A stretch of DNA of 64,000 nt from NCBI GenBank assembly GCA_030592645.1, contig JAUVIR010000004.1:1036-65035 (forward strand), written 5' to 3'. Of the stretch, positions 49,408-58,980 are shown piece after piece; the first letter of the stretch is position 1, and each line of letters begins with the position of its first letter. Made by a program: the position numbers and the translations under genes. The notes beneath the pieces are model-generated. The model saw nothing but the letters and a program-made list of their open reading frames with translations. It did no database searches and was not told the DNA's origin. The DNA is from Candidatus Fermentibacterota bacterium (GTDB taxonomy: Bacteria > Fermentibacterota > Fermentibacteria > Fermentibacterales > JCC-6).

Positions 49408-51480
49408 ATGAAACACCATTCAGTAGCGACTCTAATCAAGCCATTTGAAGAAACAAAACATGGCCGCAAGCTTGTGGATAACTACAGGTGGCTGGAAACT
49501 GCCGGTGAAGAGCGCACTGCATGGATAGATCAGCAAAACAAGCTTGTTGACAGTTTTGTTCTGGATGACCCTAATCGTAAAGAGTTCTTAAAACGTTTTG
49601 ATGAGCTGTTCAACCGCGATAGAACAAGTTTTCCCAAAGCAACTCTTTCTCGGTTAATATATTTGAAGATAAGACATGGAGAAAAACATCCTTCACTCTA
49701 TATGCGTTCATGGCCCGATGGTGAAGAGCAGATTCTTATTGATATCGATAAATTCAGTGAACAGGGCAATGTCAGTTTTGGCAGTTGGAGTCCCACCCGT
49801 GATGGTAAGCTTTTTGCGTACGGCATGTCAAAAGATGGCAGTGACTGGTTGCACTGGTATGTACTGGATATTGAGAGTGGTGACATTCTGGATGAGATTC
49901 CAAGTCTTGTTTACACCTGGCCAAACTGGCTGCCTGATAATAGTGGGTTCATATACTCCCGTTCAACCGATCCTGAGAATCTTTCAAAGAATGGTTTATC
50001 TGTTTTTATGCACAAGCTGGGGACTGACTGGCGCACAGATAAAATGATTCTTGGGGATGGACTCTCCGAAACGGATATTCCGAATGCAATGGCGATTTCT
50101 CGTGATGGTCATCATCTTATAATCGAAGTGGAGCACGGGCTCACTTTGAATGAACTGTTTTATACAGATCTTTCCGCTGATGAGCTTACTGCACAATCCA
50201 TCACCGGAGATCATGTTGGCCTGTTCTATGCAGATATTTACAAGGGTGTACTCTTTGTAAGAACGAGTAATGAGGCATCGAATTACAGAGTGTGCAGGGT
50301 CGACCTGGATGGGTCAGTACCACTTTATGGCAAGTGGGAGACGATAGTACCTGAGGGTGACGATGTGTTGCTGGAATTTAATGTAATTGGTGACAGGATA
50401 TTTATAAAGCGGTCTATTGATGTTGTTACACATACATTTATCCATTCCCTGGATGGCCTTGAGATTGGAGAGCTTAAGTATCCTGGTGTAGGTGTTGGTT
50501 CTCTGCCCTATGGAGAGGAAGAGGTAGACGCTGTTTTTGTGTCCTACTGTTCTTTTTTTCAACCGAATGAGACATATAAATATGATATCAAGCGAAATGA
50601 ATTAAGCAAATTCACCGAGAGCAGTTTGAAAATAGATACCGACAAGTACCTGACTGAACAGGTGTTCTTCCGAAGCTTCGATGGCACTTCTGTACCAATG
50701 TTTGTCATCCGTGGTCGTGATGTTGAACTGGATGGTTCTAATCCTGTGATTCTTACAGGATATGGAGGTTTCAGTTATTCCAGAACACCGTACTTTTCAG
50801 CAGCAATTGTGTTCTGGCTGGAACAGGGAGGGATATATGCCATTGCAAATATTCGCGGCGGTGGTGAGTATGGCGAGAACTGGCACCGTGACGGTATGCT
50901 GGGTAACAAGCAAAATGTGTTTGATGATTTCATAGCAGCAGGAGAAGCACTGGTTGGTGAGCGACCGCTACGACTTGCAGGTGAGGATGATTTCTCTGTT
51001 CGGAAATATTCCAGTCGCAAATATCTTGGTATATCAGGCGGCAGTAATGGAGGTCTTCTTACTGGAGCTGTACTGGTGCAGCGTCCTGACCTTTGGGCTG
51101 CGGTTATCTCTGATGTTCCACTGCTTGATATGCTGCGTTTCCATCTAACCCAGGGCGGTAAATTCTGGATGTCCGAGTATGGTAATCCTGATAATCCAGA
51201 AGACTTTGAATGGCTCCTCTCATATTCGCCTTATCACAATGTGAAGGATGGTTCACATTATCCGTCAACACTCCTGAAAACATCACTGCACGATGACAGG
51301 GGAACAGACTCATTGCATGCGTTCAAGATGGCAGCAAAGCTTCAAGCCGCTAATTCTTCTGACAACCCGATTCTCCTTCGAACAATGACAAATGTTGGCC
51401 ATGGTGCAGGCCGAACCACGCAAATGACTATTGACGAGCAGACAGAGATATTTCTTTTCATGGTAAAGCATCTGATGTAA
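49408..51480 (+). CDS. Prolyl oligopeptidase (S9A)
   Basis: DNYRWLE, GYGGF, RGGGEYG, GGSNGGLL nucleophile, DDR, GHG. Confidence 0.93.
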   Translation: MKHHSVATLIKPFEETKHGRKLVDNYRWLETAGEERTAWIDQQNKLVDSFVLDDPNRKEFLKRFDELFNRDRTSFPKATLSRLIYLKIRHGEKHPSLYMRSWPDGEEQILIDIDKFSEQGNVSFGSWSPTRDGKLFAYGMSKDGSDWLHWYVLDIESGDILDEIPSLVYTWPNWLPDNSGFIYSRSTDPENLSKNGLSVFMHKLGTDWRTDKMILGDGLSETDIPNAMAISRDGHHLIIEVEHGLTLNELFYTDLSADELTAQSITGDHVGLFYADIYKGVLFVRTSNEASNYRVCRVDLDGSVPLYGKWETIVPEGDDVLLEFNVIGDRIFIKRSIDVVTHTFIHSLDGLEIGELKYPGVGVGSLPYGEEEVDAVFVSYCSFFQPNETYKYDIKRNELSKFTESSLKIDTDKYLTEQVFFRSFDGTSVPMFVIRGRDVELDGSNPVILTGYGGFSYSRTPYFSAAIVFWLEQGGIYAIANIRGGGEYGENWHRDGMLGNKQNVFDDFIAAGEALVGERPLRLAGEDDFSVRKYSSRKYLGISGGSNGGLLTGAVLVQRPDLWAAVISDVPLLDMLRFHLTQGGKFWMSEYGNPDNPEDFEWLLSYSPYHNVKDGSHYPSTLLKTSLHDDRGTDSLHAFKMAAKLQAANSSDNPILLRTMTNVGHGAGRTTQMTIDEQTEIFLFMVKHLM

Positions 51481-51521
51481 GTATACCCATCACCGGCATA
51501 CCAGCAGTATTGGGGTCGCTC

Positions 51522-51604
51522 TAGTTGGGGTCGTATCTTGAATTTTGGCATTCGTTAATCCCTCAACAAATCAAATGCCAAAATTCAAGATACGACCCCA
51601 ACTA
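51522..51604. repeat. 31-bp perfect inverted repeat with 21-nt spacer (REP/MITE-like; possible bidirectional terminator)
   Basis: tagttggggtcgtatcttgaattttggcatt (51522-51552) and its exact reverse complement (51574-51604). Confidence 0.9.
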
Positions 51605-52840
51605 TTATCGAACTCTGGTTATCACTCTGGAAATATCCTTGAAGACGATCAGCAGGAAGATAAGCAATATGATGATCATTCCGGTCTGCTGGATTATCTG
51701 AACATTCTTCTTTGAAATGGGTTTTCCTCTGATTCCCTCTATGACAAGGATGACAACGTGTCCCCCGTCAAGGACCGGAATCGGAAGAAGATTGAATATC
51801 ATTATCGCCATGGATATGCTTGCGATAGTATAGAGGTAACTGGGTAATCCTGACCGGGCCTGCTGTCCAAGGGTTTCGGCCACATAAATGGGACCTCCCG
51901 AACTCTCGGCCAGCTCAGCAGGTTTTTGAAACAGTCTGAAAAGTGTGGTACATACGTATACGGTACCCTCGCCCGCCGATCTAACACCCTCAACAACAGC
52001 TCTAAAGATCGGGAGTCTGACCCTCTCCGTAGGCACCAGAGGAGTAACGCCTGTCATAATATTGCCGTCGTATACGCCAGGGGTTACATAAGCTGTGTCA
52101 ATGATGCCGTTTCGTGCGAACTCAATTGCCAGTTCTTCAGTATCACCTGTCACTATTGACTGGAAATCATGCCATATGAATACAGGTTTACCATCAACAG
52201 CAATTATCCGGTCCCCTGCTCTTATACCGGATTCGTAAGCGGGAAAGCCTATCATGGCTTCCCCTATAACTACAGGTACCATGGCATAGAAAGGAATAGT
52301 TTCCACCGACAGGGAATAACTCATCTCAAGCTCTCCAGCAGCTGTTCCTACGGTCATTGTTCCAGTAGTAGACGAATACATCATGCCCAGCATCTCATAG
52401 TAGTCGGCAATAGGATAACCGTTCACCGAGAGGACAGTATCCCCTGCACAAAGGCCGAGGGAGTTGTCAGAATTGCCTACAACAGCAGGAGTAATATCTA
52501 CATCCCACCCGACAATACCGTATACGGTTATAAGTATCAGCGCGGTGAGCACAAGGTTAGCGAATGGACCTGCAAGAGCTACAAGAATCCGCCGGAACCA
52601 CGAGACATCCGAAACAGCTTCGCCAGTGGTACCGAGATTAACCTTGCAGTATCCGCCCAGGGGTACCACTCCTACGCAGTATTCCGTTTTACCGATTTTT
52701 CTTTTAAAAATATGTGGCGGAAAGCCAATGGAGAATCGTGGAACATCAAGTCCGAGTGCCTTGGACATGAGAAGATGTCCCATCTCGTGAAAAAGCACTA
52801 TCACACCGAGCCCGAAGATTATAGCTAGAATACTCAGCAT
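51605..52840 (-). CDS. rseP: RIP metalloprotease RseP
   Basis: HEMGH, PLGGY, AGPFAN, PDZ-like regions, NLLPIPVLDGG. Confidence 0.93.
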   Translation of the reverse strand: MLSILAIIFGLGVIVLFHEMGHLLMSKALGLDVPRFSIGFPPHIFKRKIGKTEYCVGVVPLGGYCKVNLGTTGEAVSDVSWFRRILVALAGPFANLVLTALILITVYGIVGWDVDITPAVVGNSDNSLGLCAGDTVLSVNGYPIADYYEMLGMMYSSTTGTMTVGTAAGELEMSYSLSVETIPFYAMVPVVIGEAMIGFPAYESGIRAGDRIIAVDGKPVFIWHDFQSIVTGDTEELAIEFARNGIIDTAYVTPGVYDGNIMTGVTPLVPTERVRLPIFRAVVEGVRSAGEGTVYVCTTLFRLFQKPAELAESSGGPIYVAETLGQQARSGLPSYLYTIASISMAIMIFNLLPIPVLDGGHVVILVIEGIRGKPISKKNVQIIQQTGMIIILLIFLLIVFKDISRVITRVR

Positions 52841-53940
52841 AGTCTTCTCACAATCTTTTCAGCATCAATACGTGATATCCTGTCAGCTTCCATAACGGTC
52901 TGGAAATCACTGACCTCCAGAGCTTCATGCCCGCTCAGCACTTCCTCGATGACCGCCGCTATATTTCCAAAACTGATCCTCCGGGCAAGAAATGCCGCAA
53001 CAGCTATTTCATCTGCAGCGTTCGCTGCCGCAGGAAAGGTTTTTCCATCCTGTCCGGCCCGTACGATTAAATCGAAAGCGGGATACCTCTGCCTCGGAAG
53101 CTCGCTGAACTCGAGTGTTCCCCAGTCAACGGGGGAATCATCGGATATCAGTTCAAGCTCGCGGCCCGGATACGCAAGGGCGTACTGCAATGGCACTTTC
53201 ATATCAGGCTTACCCAGAAGTGCTTTCCATGAACCATCCTCAAGCCTTACAAAAGAATGAACTATGCTTGAGGGGTGCAGGACCACATCGATATTAATAC
53301 CGCTGAACAGCCATCGGGCTTCTATGACCTCGAAGGCTTTATTCACCATGGTCGCCGAATCAACCGTTATTCTTGCTCCCATATTCCAGGTTGGGTGATT
53401 CAGAATATCATCGACATCCGCATTTTCAAGTTCTTCAATAGGGAGATCCCGTACAGACCCTCCGCTCGCCGTCAACGTAATGCTCCTTACCGGTCGCGGT
53501 TCGGAATGCAGGCATCTGAATATCGTACTATGCTCGCTGTCAACGGGAATGATGCCTCCGGAGAGGATATGATCGCTGAGTAATTCGCCGCCTACAACAA
53601 GGCTTTCCTTGTTGGCCAGGGCCAGCTTAATCCCCCTCTCCCTGCATATAAGACTGGCTCGCAGGCCGGCGCTTCCGACAATGGCATTGAGGACCATATC
53701 AGCCCCGTCAATAGTTTTCTGAAGAATATCCTGACCGGTTATCACACCGCCTGGACATTCCCCGCCCGGCTGCACAATGGCGGTTACAAATGGGGAGAAC
53801 TGTTCCCTCTGCTGCATAAGAAGATCGAGGTTGCTTCCGCAAAGTAATGAATGAAGCTCAAGTTCCGGATTCGCATGTATGATCTGTAGAGCCTGGGTCC
53901 CTATCGAACCGGTACTTCCCAGGACTGCAATCTTTCTCAT
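52834..53940 (-). CDS. dxr: 1-deoxy-D-xylulose-5-phosphate reductoisomerase
   Basis: LGSTGSIG, LANKE, PVDSEH, HPTWNMG, DSATMVNK. Confidence 0.96.
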   Translation of the reverse strand: MRKIAVLGSTGSIGTQALQIIHANPELELHSLLCGSNLDLLMQQREQFSPFVTAIVQPGGECPGGVITGQDILQKTIDGADMVLNAIVGSAGLRASLICRERGIKLALANKESLVVGGELLSDHILSGGIIPVDSEHSTIFRCLHSEPRPVRSITLTASGGSVRDLPIEELENADVDDILNHPTWNMGARITVDSATMVNKAFEVIEARWLFSGINIDVVLHPSSIVHSFVRLEDGSWKALLGKPDMKVPLQYALAYPGRELELISDDSPVDWGTLEFSELPRQRYPAFDLIVRAGQDGKTFPAAANAADEIAVAAFLARRISFGNIAAVIEEVLSGHEALEVSDFQTVMEADRISRIDAEKIVRRLC

Positions 53941-54758
53941 AATGCCACAATCCGACGGAAGAGAAACAGAAGAACCCACACAACCGGAACAACGGCGAGA
54001 ATACTGTCGAACCTGTCAAGAAACCCGCCGTGCCCCCGAAGAAATGCGCCGGAATCCTTAACTCCTGCATCTCTCTTCATCGCGGATTCCAGGAGGTCTC
54101 CAGTGACGGCGGCTATGCCTCCAGCCGCCCCGATCACTACCATGACAATCAGTGGAAATCCAGCACCGAGGGTACCTGCCAGGAGAGCTCCGCCGACCGC
54201 GCCTGCTACACCGGCGAAAAAACCCTCCCAGGATTTGGCCGGACTGATAGAGGGCGCCATTTTGTGCCGTCCGAAGGCACTTCCCGCAAAATAAGCCAGT
54301 GAGTCCCCAAGCCAGCAGATCAGCAGAGGTATGAATATGACCCAGGGTGATTGAAAATCCAGTCTCAACCTTGCCAGGAGGCCGAAGCCCAGTGCAAGCG
54401 CAACGGATATGCCTGTGATTCCGGCAGTTTTCCTTCGTGCATTGTTTACCCCGTCACCAAGTATCCATACCGTTGAAATGAGTGCTCCGGGGAGCAGGAT
54501 CAGAACTATTGAAACAGCGGGCTCCAGTAGAGCAACCGCAGCAGATGAGCCTGCCACCATTACAGCAAGCAGGGCTTTCATTCTGATACCGGAGCAGGGT
54601 CTGAACAGAGTGACCGCTTCTGCAGCGCAGAATGCGGCAATGAGCGCGAAAAATCCAGTTGTCAGATAACGTATATCAAGAAACGCTACGGCTGCGAACA
54701 ATCCTATACCGGGAACTGCCACCGCCACTCTGACTGCAAGGGAATTGAATGATTTCAT
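53937..54758 (-). CDS. cdsA: Phosphatidate cytidylyltransferase
   Basis: SPAKSWEG, GDLLESAMKR, KDSG, GHGGFLDRFDS. Confidence 0.93.
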   Translation of the reverse strand: MKSFNSLAVRVAVAVPGIGLFAAVAFLDIRYLTTGFFALIAAFCAAEAVTLFRPCSGIRMKALLAVMVAGSSAAVALLEPAVSIVLILLPGALISTVWILGDGVNNARRKTAGITGISVALALGFGLLARLRLDFQSPWVIFIPLLICWLGDSLAYFAGSAFGRHKMAPSISPAKSWEGFFAGVAGAVGGALLAGTLGAGFPLIVMVVIGAAGGIAAVTGDLLESAMKRDAGVKDSGAFLRGHGGFLDRFDSILAVVPVVWVLLFLFRRIVAL

Positions 54759-55474
54759 CGGTCGGAACCTAGATCGCCGAACCGTCTTCGTCTCGACCTG
54801 TAATCCTCGAAAGCCTCTTCAAGATGTACTCTTCTGAAATCAGGCCAGAGAACATCTGTGAAGTAGAGCTCCGAATAGGCGGATTCCCACAGCAGGAAAT
54901 TTGACAGCCTCTGTTCACCGCTGGTCCGTATGATGATGTCCGGGTCGGGTACGTCCGGAAGATACATACAGGAAGCAATAGTATCTTCAGTGATGTCGGA
55001 GGCTTGCATCCGTCCCGCTTTGATATCCTGAGCGATCTTTCTCATTGCGTCAGTTATCTCCGCTCTTCCTCCATAGCTCAGGGCAAGAATCAGGTTCAGA
55101 CCTTCGTTTGAACCGGTTCGTATCATCGCACTCCGCAGCTCTTTCAATGGCCCGCGAGGCAGATCATCAAGTCTTCCGGTAGCTCTTATTCTAACCCGGT
55201 TTCTGTCAAGGTTATCAATATTACGCTTAATGAAGCTTTTCAGGAGCGTCATTATGAAAAGAACCTCGGCTTTCGGCCTCTTCCAGTTCTCTGTTGAGAA
55301 TGCATACAGCGTCAGGTATTCAACACCTGTTTCGCCGCAGTACTGCACAGCATCGTGAATAGCTTTCTCTGCAGCTTTATGCCCATCTATCCGTTTCAGA
55401 CCGTGAGACCTTGCCCAGCGTCCGTTCCCATCCATGATGATAGCAACATGGGTTAGACAGTTATCAACATCCAA
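54755..55474 (-). CDS. uppS: Undecaprenyl diphosphate synthase
   Basis: IMDGNGRWA, FSTENW, RTSGEQRLSNFLLW. Confidence 0.96.
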   Translation of the reverse strand: MDVDNCLTHVAIIMDGNGRWARSHGLKRIDGHKAAEKAIHDAVQYCGETGVEYLTLYAFSTENWKRPKAEVLFIMTLLKSFIKRNIDNLDRNRVRIRATGRLDDLPRGPLKELRSAMIRTGSNEGLNLILALSYGGRAEITDAMRKIAQDIKAGRMQASDITEDTIASCMYLPDVPDPDIIIRTSGEQRLSNFLLWESAYSELYFTDVLWPDFRRVHLEEAFEDYRSRRRRFGDLGSDR

Positions 55475-55479
55475 GACTG

Positions 55480-56037
55480 TCAGACCTCAAGTATTTCGGC
55501 TTCTTTTGATTCGAGAAATTTGTCGATTTCAGCGATCGCCTCATTTGCGGCATCCTGGATATCGCTGAGTGTCCTGTACTCCTCATCCTCAGTGATATCA
55601 CTGGCTTTGCTGGCTTTGTGCAGTTCGTCGTTGCCGCTTCTTCTGATGTTCCTTATGGCGGTTCTTCCCGATTCAGCAAGCTTCTTGACGTGCCGGCTGA
55701 GTTCCTTTCTGCGATCATCGGAGAGCTTAGGAACGGGAATTCTTACTACCGGTCCGTCTGCAGAAGCCCTGAGGCCAAGATCTGATTTCTGTATTGCGCG
55801 AACAATCGCATCTGATGTCGAGGGATCGAAAGGCTGTATTACGATAAGCCGCGGCTCCGGTGCAGCTATCCCGGCAACCTGTTTTATGGGATGCAGCCCC
55901 CCCCAGCACTCGACACGGATATTGTCCAGAAGAGCTGGACTTGCCTTACCGGTCCTGATTACAGCCATCTCTCTTGCGGTATTCTCAACCGCTTTTTTCA
56001 TTCTACTCTTCTGATCGTTCAGTATCTGATCAATCAT
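55480..56037 (-). CDS. frr: Ribosome recycling factor
   Basis: IRTGKASP, IRNIRR and gene context. Confidence 0.96.
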   Translation of the reverse strand: MIDQILNDQKSRMKKAVENTAREMAVIRTGKASPALLDNIRVECWGGLHPIKQVAGIAAPEPRLIVIQPFDPSTSDAIVRAIQKSDLGLRASADGPVVRIPVPKLSDDRRKELSRHVKKLAESGRTAIRNIRRSGNDELHKASKASDITEDEEYRTLSDIQDAANEAIAEIDKFLESKEAEILEV

Positions 56038-56761
56038 TGTTCATTCCCCCTATCTGGCTTCCGATCGAAGGCTCTTTGAATACCCTGAGGATATTCTCTG
56101 GATCCCATATATCAAAAACACTAATAGGAAGCCCTGCATCTCGACAAATGGCAATTGCAGCGGCATCCATCACCTTCAGATCAAGCCTGAGCACCTCATC
56201 ATAAGTTAGTGTTTTAAATCGCTGCGCTTCAGGGTTTTGAGCTGGGTCTGAATCGTAAACTCCATCAACCTTCGTACCCTTGAGCAATCTTGTGCATCTC
56301 GTCTGCACTGCTCTGAGTGCAGCCGCGGTGTCTGTAGTGAGACACGGGTTACCTGTTCCGCCCGCATATATGACTACGTCTCCACGGCTGAGGTATTTCT
56401 CGGCTTTTTCAGGAGAAAAGGTTTCGAAGATGCCTTCAACAGGTATGGATGAAAGCACAACAGCAGAGCCTCCGCGCTTCCTTATCGCATCTCTGAATGC
56501 CAGACCGTTTATAAGTGTTGCCAGCATTCCCATCTGGTCTCCGGTGATCCGATCAATCGAGCTGAGATCCCTTCCCCGGATGAAATTTCCTCCACCTGTA
56601 ACTATTCCGACGCTGCAGCCTGAGGCAGCAAGCTCAAGAACGGCTCGGGCAAGTTCGCTCGTGATATCAGGATCTATTCCATGACCGGCTTCACCTGCCA
56701 GAACCTCTCCGCTTAGTTTGAGAAGTACCCGCTGGGGCAACGACCGGTCATCCTCTTTCAT
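56030..56761 (-). CDS. pyrH: UMP kinase
   Basis: LLKLSGE, GGGNFIRG, TTDTAAALRA, KVDGVY. Confidence 0.97.
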   Translation of the reverse strand: MKEDDRSLPQRVLLKLSGEVLAGEAGHGIDPDITSELARAVLELAASGCSVGIVTGGGNFIRGRDLSSIDRITGDQMGMLATLINGLAFRDAIRKRGGSAVVLSSIPVEGIFETFSPEKAEKYLSRGDVVIYAGGTGNPCLTTDTAAALRAVQTRCTRLLKGTKVDGVYDSDPAQNPEAQRFKTLTYDEVLRLDLKVMDAAAIAICRDAGLPISVFDIWDPENILRVFKEPSIGSQIGGMNND

Positions 56762-57357
56762 CAGTTACCTATCGAAAACCTTGCGAATCGGCGGATTACA
56801 ATGTTCTCCCGAAGCTTTCCGATAAGATCGGTAAGCGCATCCTTAACGGTTCCGACATCCGGATCGTCAGACCATTCCTGGTCAAGCAAACATGTGTCCG
56901 AATAGAACTTCTCCAAACGGCCGTTTATTATCTTCTCAACAATTTCAGCCGGTTTGCCCGAATCTTCAAGCTGGGCAAGGAGTACATTTCTCTCTGCTTC
57001 GATATCATCCTTCGGCAGATCATCCCGGGATACGACAATTGGAGGATAAGCTGCGATATGCATTGCTACTTTCTTTGCGAAATCCTGAAAATCCTCTGTC
57101 TTGGCCACGAAATCCGTTTCGCAGTTCACCTCGACAAGAATCCCAAGCTTTCCCGGAGGATGGATATATGATACTACAAGGCCCTCATCCGCATCTCTTG
57201 AGGCTTTCTTGGATGCAACTTTTATGCCTTTCTCGCGAAGGATCGTAATAGCTTTCTCCATATCGCCGCTGCTCTCATCAAGTGCTTTCTTGCAGTCAAG
57301 CATCCCTGCTCCGGTGGCTTTTCTGAGCAGTTTCAGATCATCAACATTGATAGCCAT
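56761..57357 (-). CDS. tsf: Elongation factor Ts (short, 198-aa form)
   Basis: LRKATGAGMLDCKKAL, NCETDFVA. Confidence 0.97.
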   Translation of the reverse strand: MAINVDDLKLLRKATGAGMLDCKKALDESSGDMEKAITILREKGIKVASKKASRDADEGLVVSYIHPPGKLGILVEVNCETDFVAKTEDFQDFAKKVAMHIAAYPPIVVSRDDLPKDDIEAERNVLLAQLEDSGKPAEIVEKIINGRLEKFYSDTCLLDQEWSDDPDVGTVKDALTDLIGKLRENIVIRRFARFSIGN

Positions 57358-58445
57358 TATTCACTCGATTCCTTTCCCTCTTCGGTATTATCCACTTCTT
57401 CTGCAGGATTGTCCGAAACGGTATCCTTGTCTGCAGCTTTCTTTGTTGTTTTCTTAGCAGCAGTTTTCTTCTTAGGGGCAGCCTTCTTCTCAGGGGCAGC
57501 TTTCTTCTCAGGAGCAGCCTTCTTCTCAGGGGCAGCTTTCTTCTCAGGGGCAGCCTTCTTCTCAGGGGCAACCTTCTTCTCAGGGGCAGCTTTCTTCTCA
57601 GGAGCAGCTTTCTTCTCTGGAGCAACTTTCGCTACCGGTTTATCTGGAACCGGTTCTTTCTCGATCTTTTCGGAAGCCTTCGAGGCGGCTTCCTTCGGTT
57701 TCTCCTCGGTCGATTTTTTGGACATCTCCTGCAGGGCTGCAGCATCCGCAGCTTCCGAAGTGGAGCCTTCAGCACCAAGAAGCGCGTAATCCGCCAGAGT
57801 TCCTACTATCATGGATATGGATTTAATCGCATCATCGTTGCCGGGGATGGGATAATCCACCTCTGTCGGATCGCAGTTTGTATCCACTATACCTATGCAT
57901 GGTATTTTCAGATTTCTTGCTTCCCTGACAGCTATCTGTTCCTTCTTGATATCAACAACAATAATTGCTCCGGGAAGATTTTTCATGTGACGAATACCTG
58001 TGAGATCTTTCTCAAGCTTCTCTCTGTGTCTCTTCTTCCTCAGGATTTCTTTTTTTGTGAGGCTTGCGGGGTATCCATCCTTCTCTGCCTGCTCAAGTTC
58101 GATCAGAGTCTGGATACCTTTTGAGATCGTTCTGAAGTTAGTAAGCATTCCGCCCATCCAGCGCTCGGTAACGTAATACTGACCGCACCTGATAGCATGC
58201 TCTTTGAGGCACTCTCTTCCCTGCTTTTTGGTGGCCACAAACAGAACGCTTTTTCCTGAGGCAACTGTTTTCGAAACCAGATTTGCTGCATCTTCAAGCA
58301 ATGCTCGTGACTTTTTGAGATCAATGATATGTATACCATTACGAGCCATGAAGATATAACTCTTCATTTTGGGGTTCCATCGGCTCTTCTGGTGACCGAA
58401 ATGTATTCCGGCCTCAAGCATTTCCTTCATGGAAGGTATCTTCAT
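57357..58445 (-). CDS. rpsB: 30S ribosomal protein S2 with long repetitive C-terminal extension
   Basis: AGIHFGH, WNPKM, RWMGGMLTN, PGNDD. Confidence 0.97.
   Translation of the reverse strand: MKIPSMKEMLEAGIHFGHQKSRWNPKMKSYIFMARNGIHIIDLKKSRALLEDAANLVSKTVASGKSVLFVATKKQGRECLKEHAIRCGQYYVTERWMGGMLTNFRTISKGIQTLIELEQAEKDGYPASLTKKEILRKKRHREKLEKDLTGIRHMKNLPGAIIVVDIKKEQIAVREARNLKIPCIGIVDTNCDPTEVDYPIPGNDDAIKSISMIVGTLADYALLGAEGSTSEAADAAALQEMSKKSTEEKPKEAASKASEKIEKEPVPDKPVAKVAPEKKAAPEKKAAPEKKVAPEKKAAPEKKAAPEKKAAPEKKAAPEKKAAPKKKTAAKKTTKKAADKDTVSDNPAEEVDNTEEGKESSE
57462..57623 (-). repeat. Coding tandem repeat, 9 x 18 bp (APEKKA-type) in rpsB
   Basis: gcYccWgagaagaaRgct-type units read directly from the sequence. 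Confidence 0.93.
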
Positions 58446-58457
58446 GGATTGTTCCTT

Positions 58458-58542
58458 TCGGTTATCCTCCGGCCGGCTTGATCAAACCCATTTCCATTTT
58501 CAGATGGAAACACCGGGGCTTATCACCACCAACCGTGTGTAT
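58458..58542 (-). ncRNA. rpsB 5' leader (t44 / S2 autoregulatory element)
   Basis: Minus strand reads ACACACGG...CCCGGTG...GGAGGATAACC directly upstream of rpsB, matching the recalled t44 pattern; includes a TTTCCAT/ATGGAAA hairpin. Confidence 0.6.
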
Positions 58543-58576
58543 TGAACGCACAATGTACAGAAAGTGCGCAGTTATT

Positions 58577-58963
58577 CTATCTCTTGGAGAACTGGAATCT
58601 TTTTCTTGCCTTGGGCTGACCGTACTTCTTACGCTCAACGATCCTGGGATCGCGACTGAGCATACCCTCAGCTTTCAGGGCAGGCCTGAAATCGGGATTA
58701 ATACCCACAAGGGCTCTTGCTATTCCAAGTCTTATGGCTCCTGCCTGTCCGGTTATTCCTCCACCGCGAACGTTAACCTTAACATCATAATCCTTTAACA
58801 CTCCAGCAGTCTCCAGAGGTTCAAAGGCATGCTCCAACTGCCATAGATCACAGAAATATTCCTTCGGATCTCTATGATTGATCTGGATCTGACCATTTCC
58901 AGCTTTCAGATAACATCTTGCTGTAGCTCTCTTTCGTCTGCCAACACCTATATGCTGTTTCAT
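58577..58963 (-). CDS. rpsI: 30S ribosomal protein S9
   Basis: GRRK, GGGITGQAGAIRLG, C-terminal QFSKR. Confidence 0.98.
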   Translation of the reverse strand: MKQHIGVGRRKRATARCYLKAGNGQIQINHRDPKEYFCDLWQLEHAFEPLETAGVLKDYDVKVNVRGGGITGQAGAIRLGIARALVGINPDFRPALKAEGMLSRDPRIVERKKYGQPKARKRFQFSKR

Positions 58964-58980
58964 CTCACCACCCTTGATCG

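Noticed and set aside
56761..57357. EF-Ts looks truncated (198 aa)
   Set aside because: A short EF-Ts is a known form (for example Thermus and cyanobacteria), and the ORF is intact and coupled to both neighbours.
57341..57789. ORFs with GAAFFS and RRKLPL repeats
   Set aside because: They are alternative-frame and antisense readings of the rpsB repeat.
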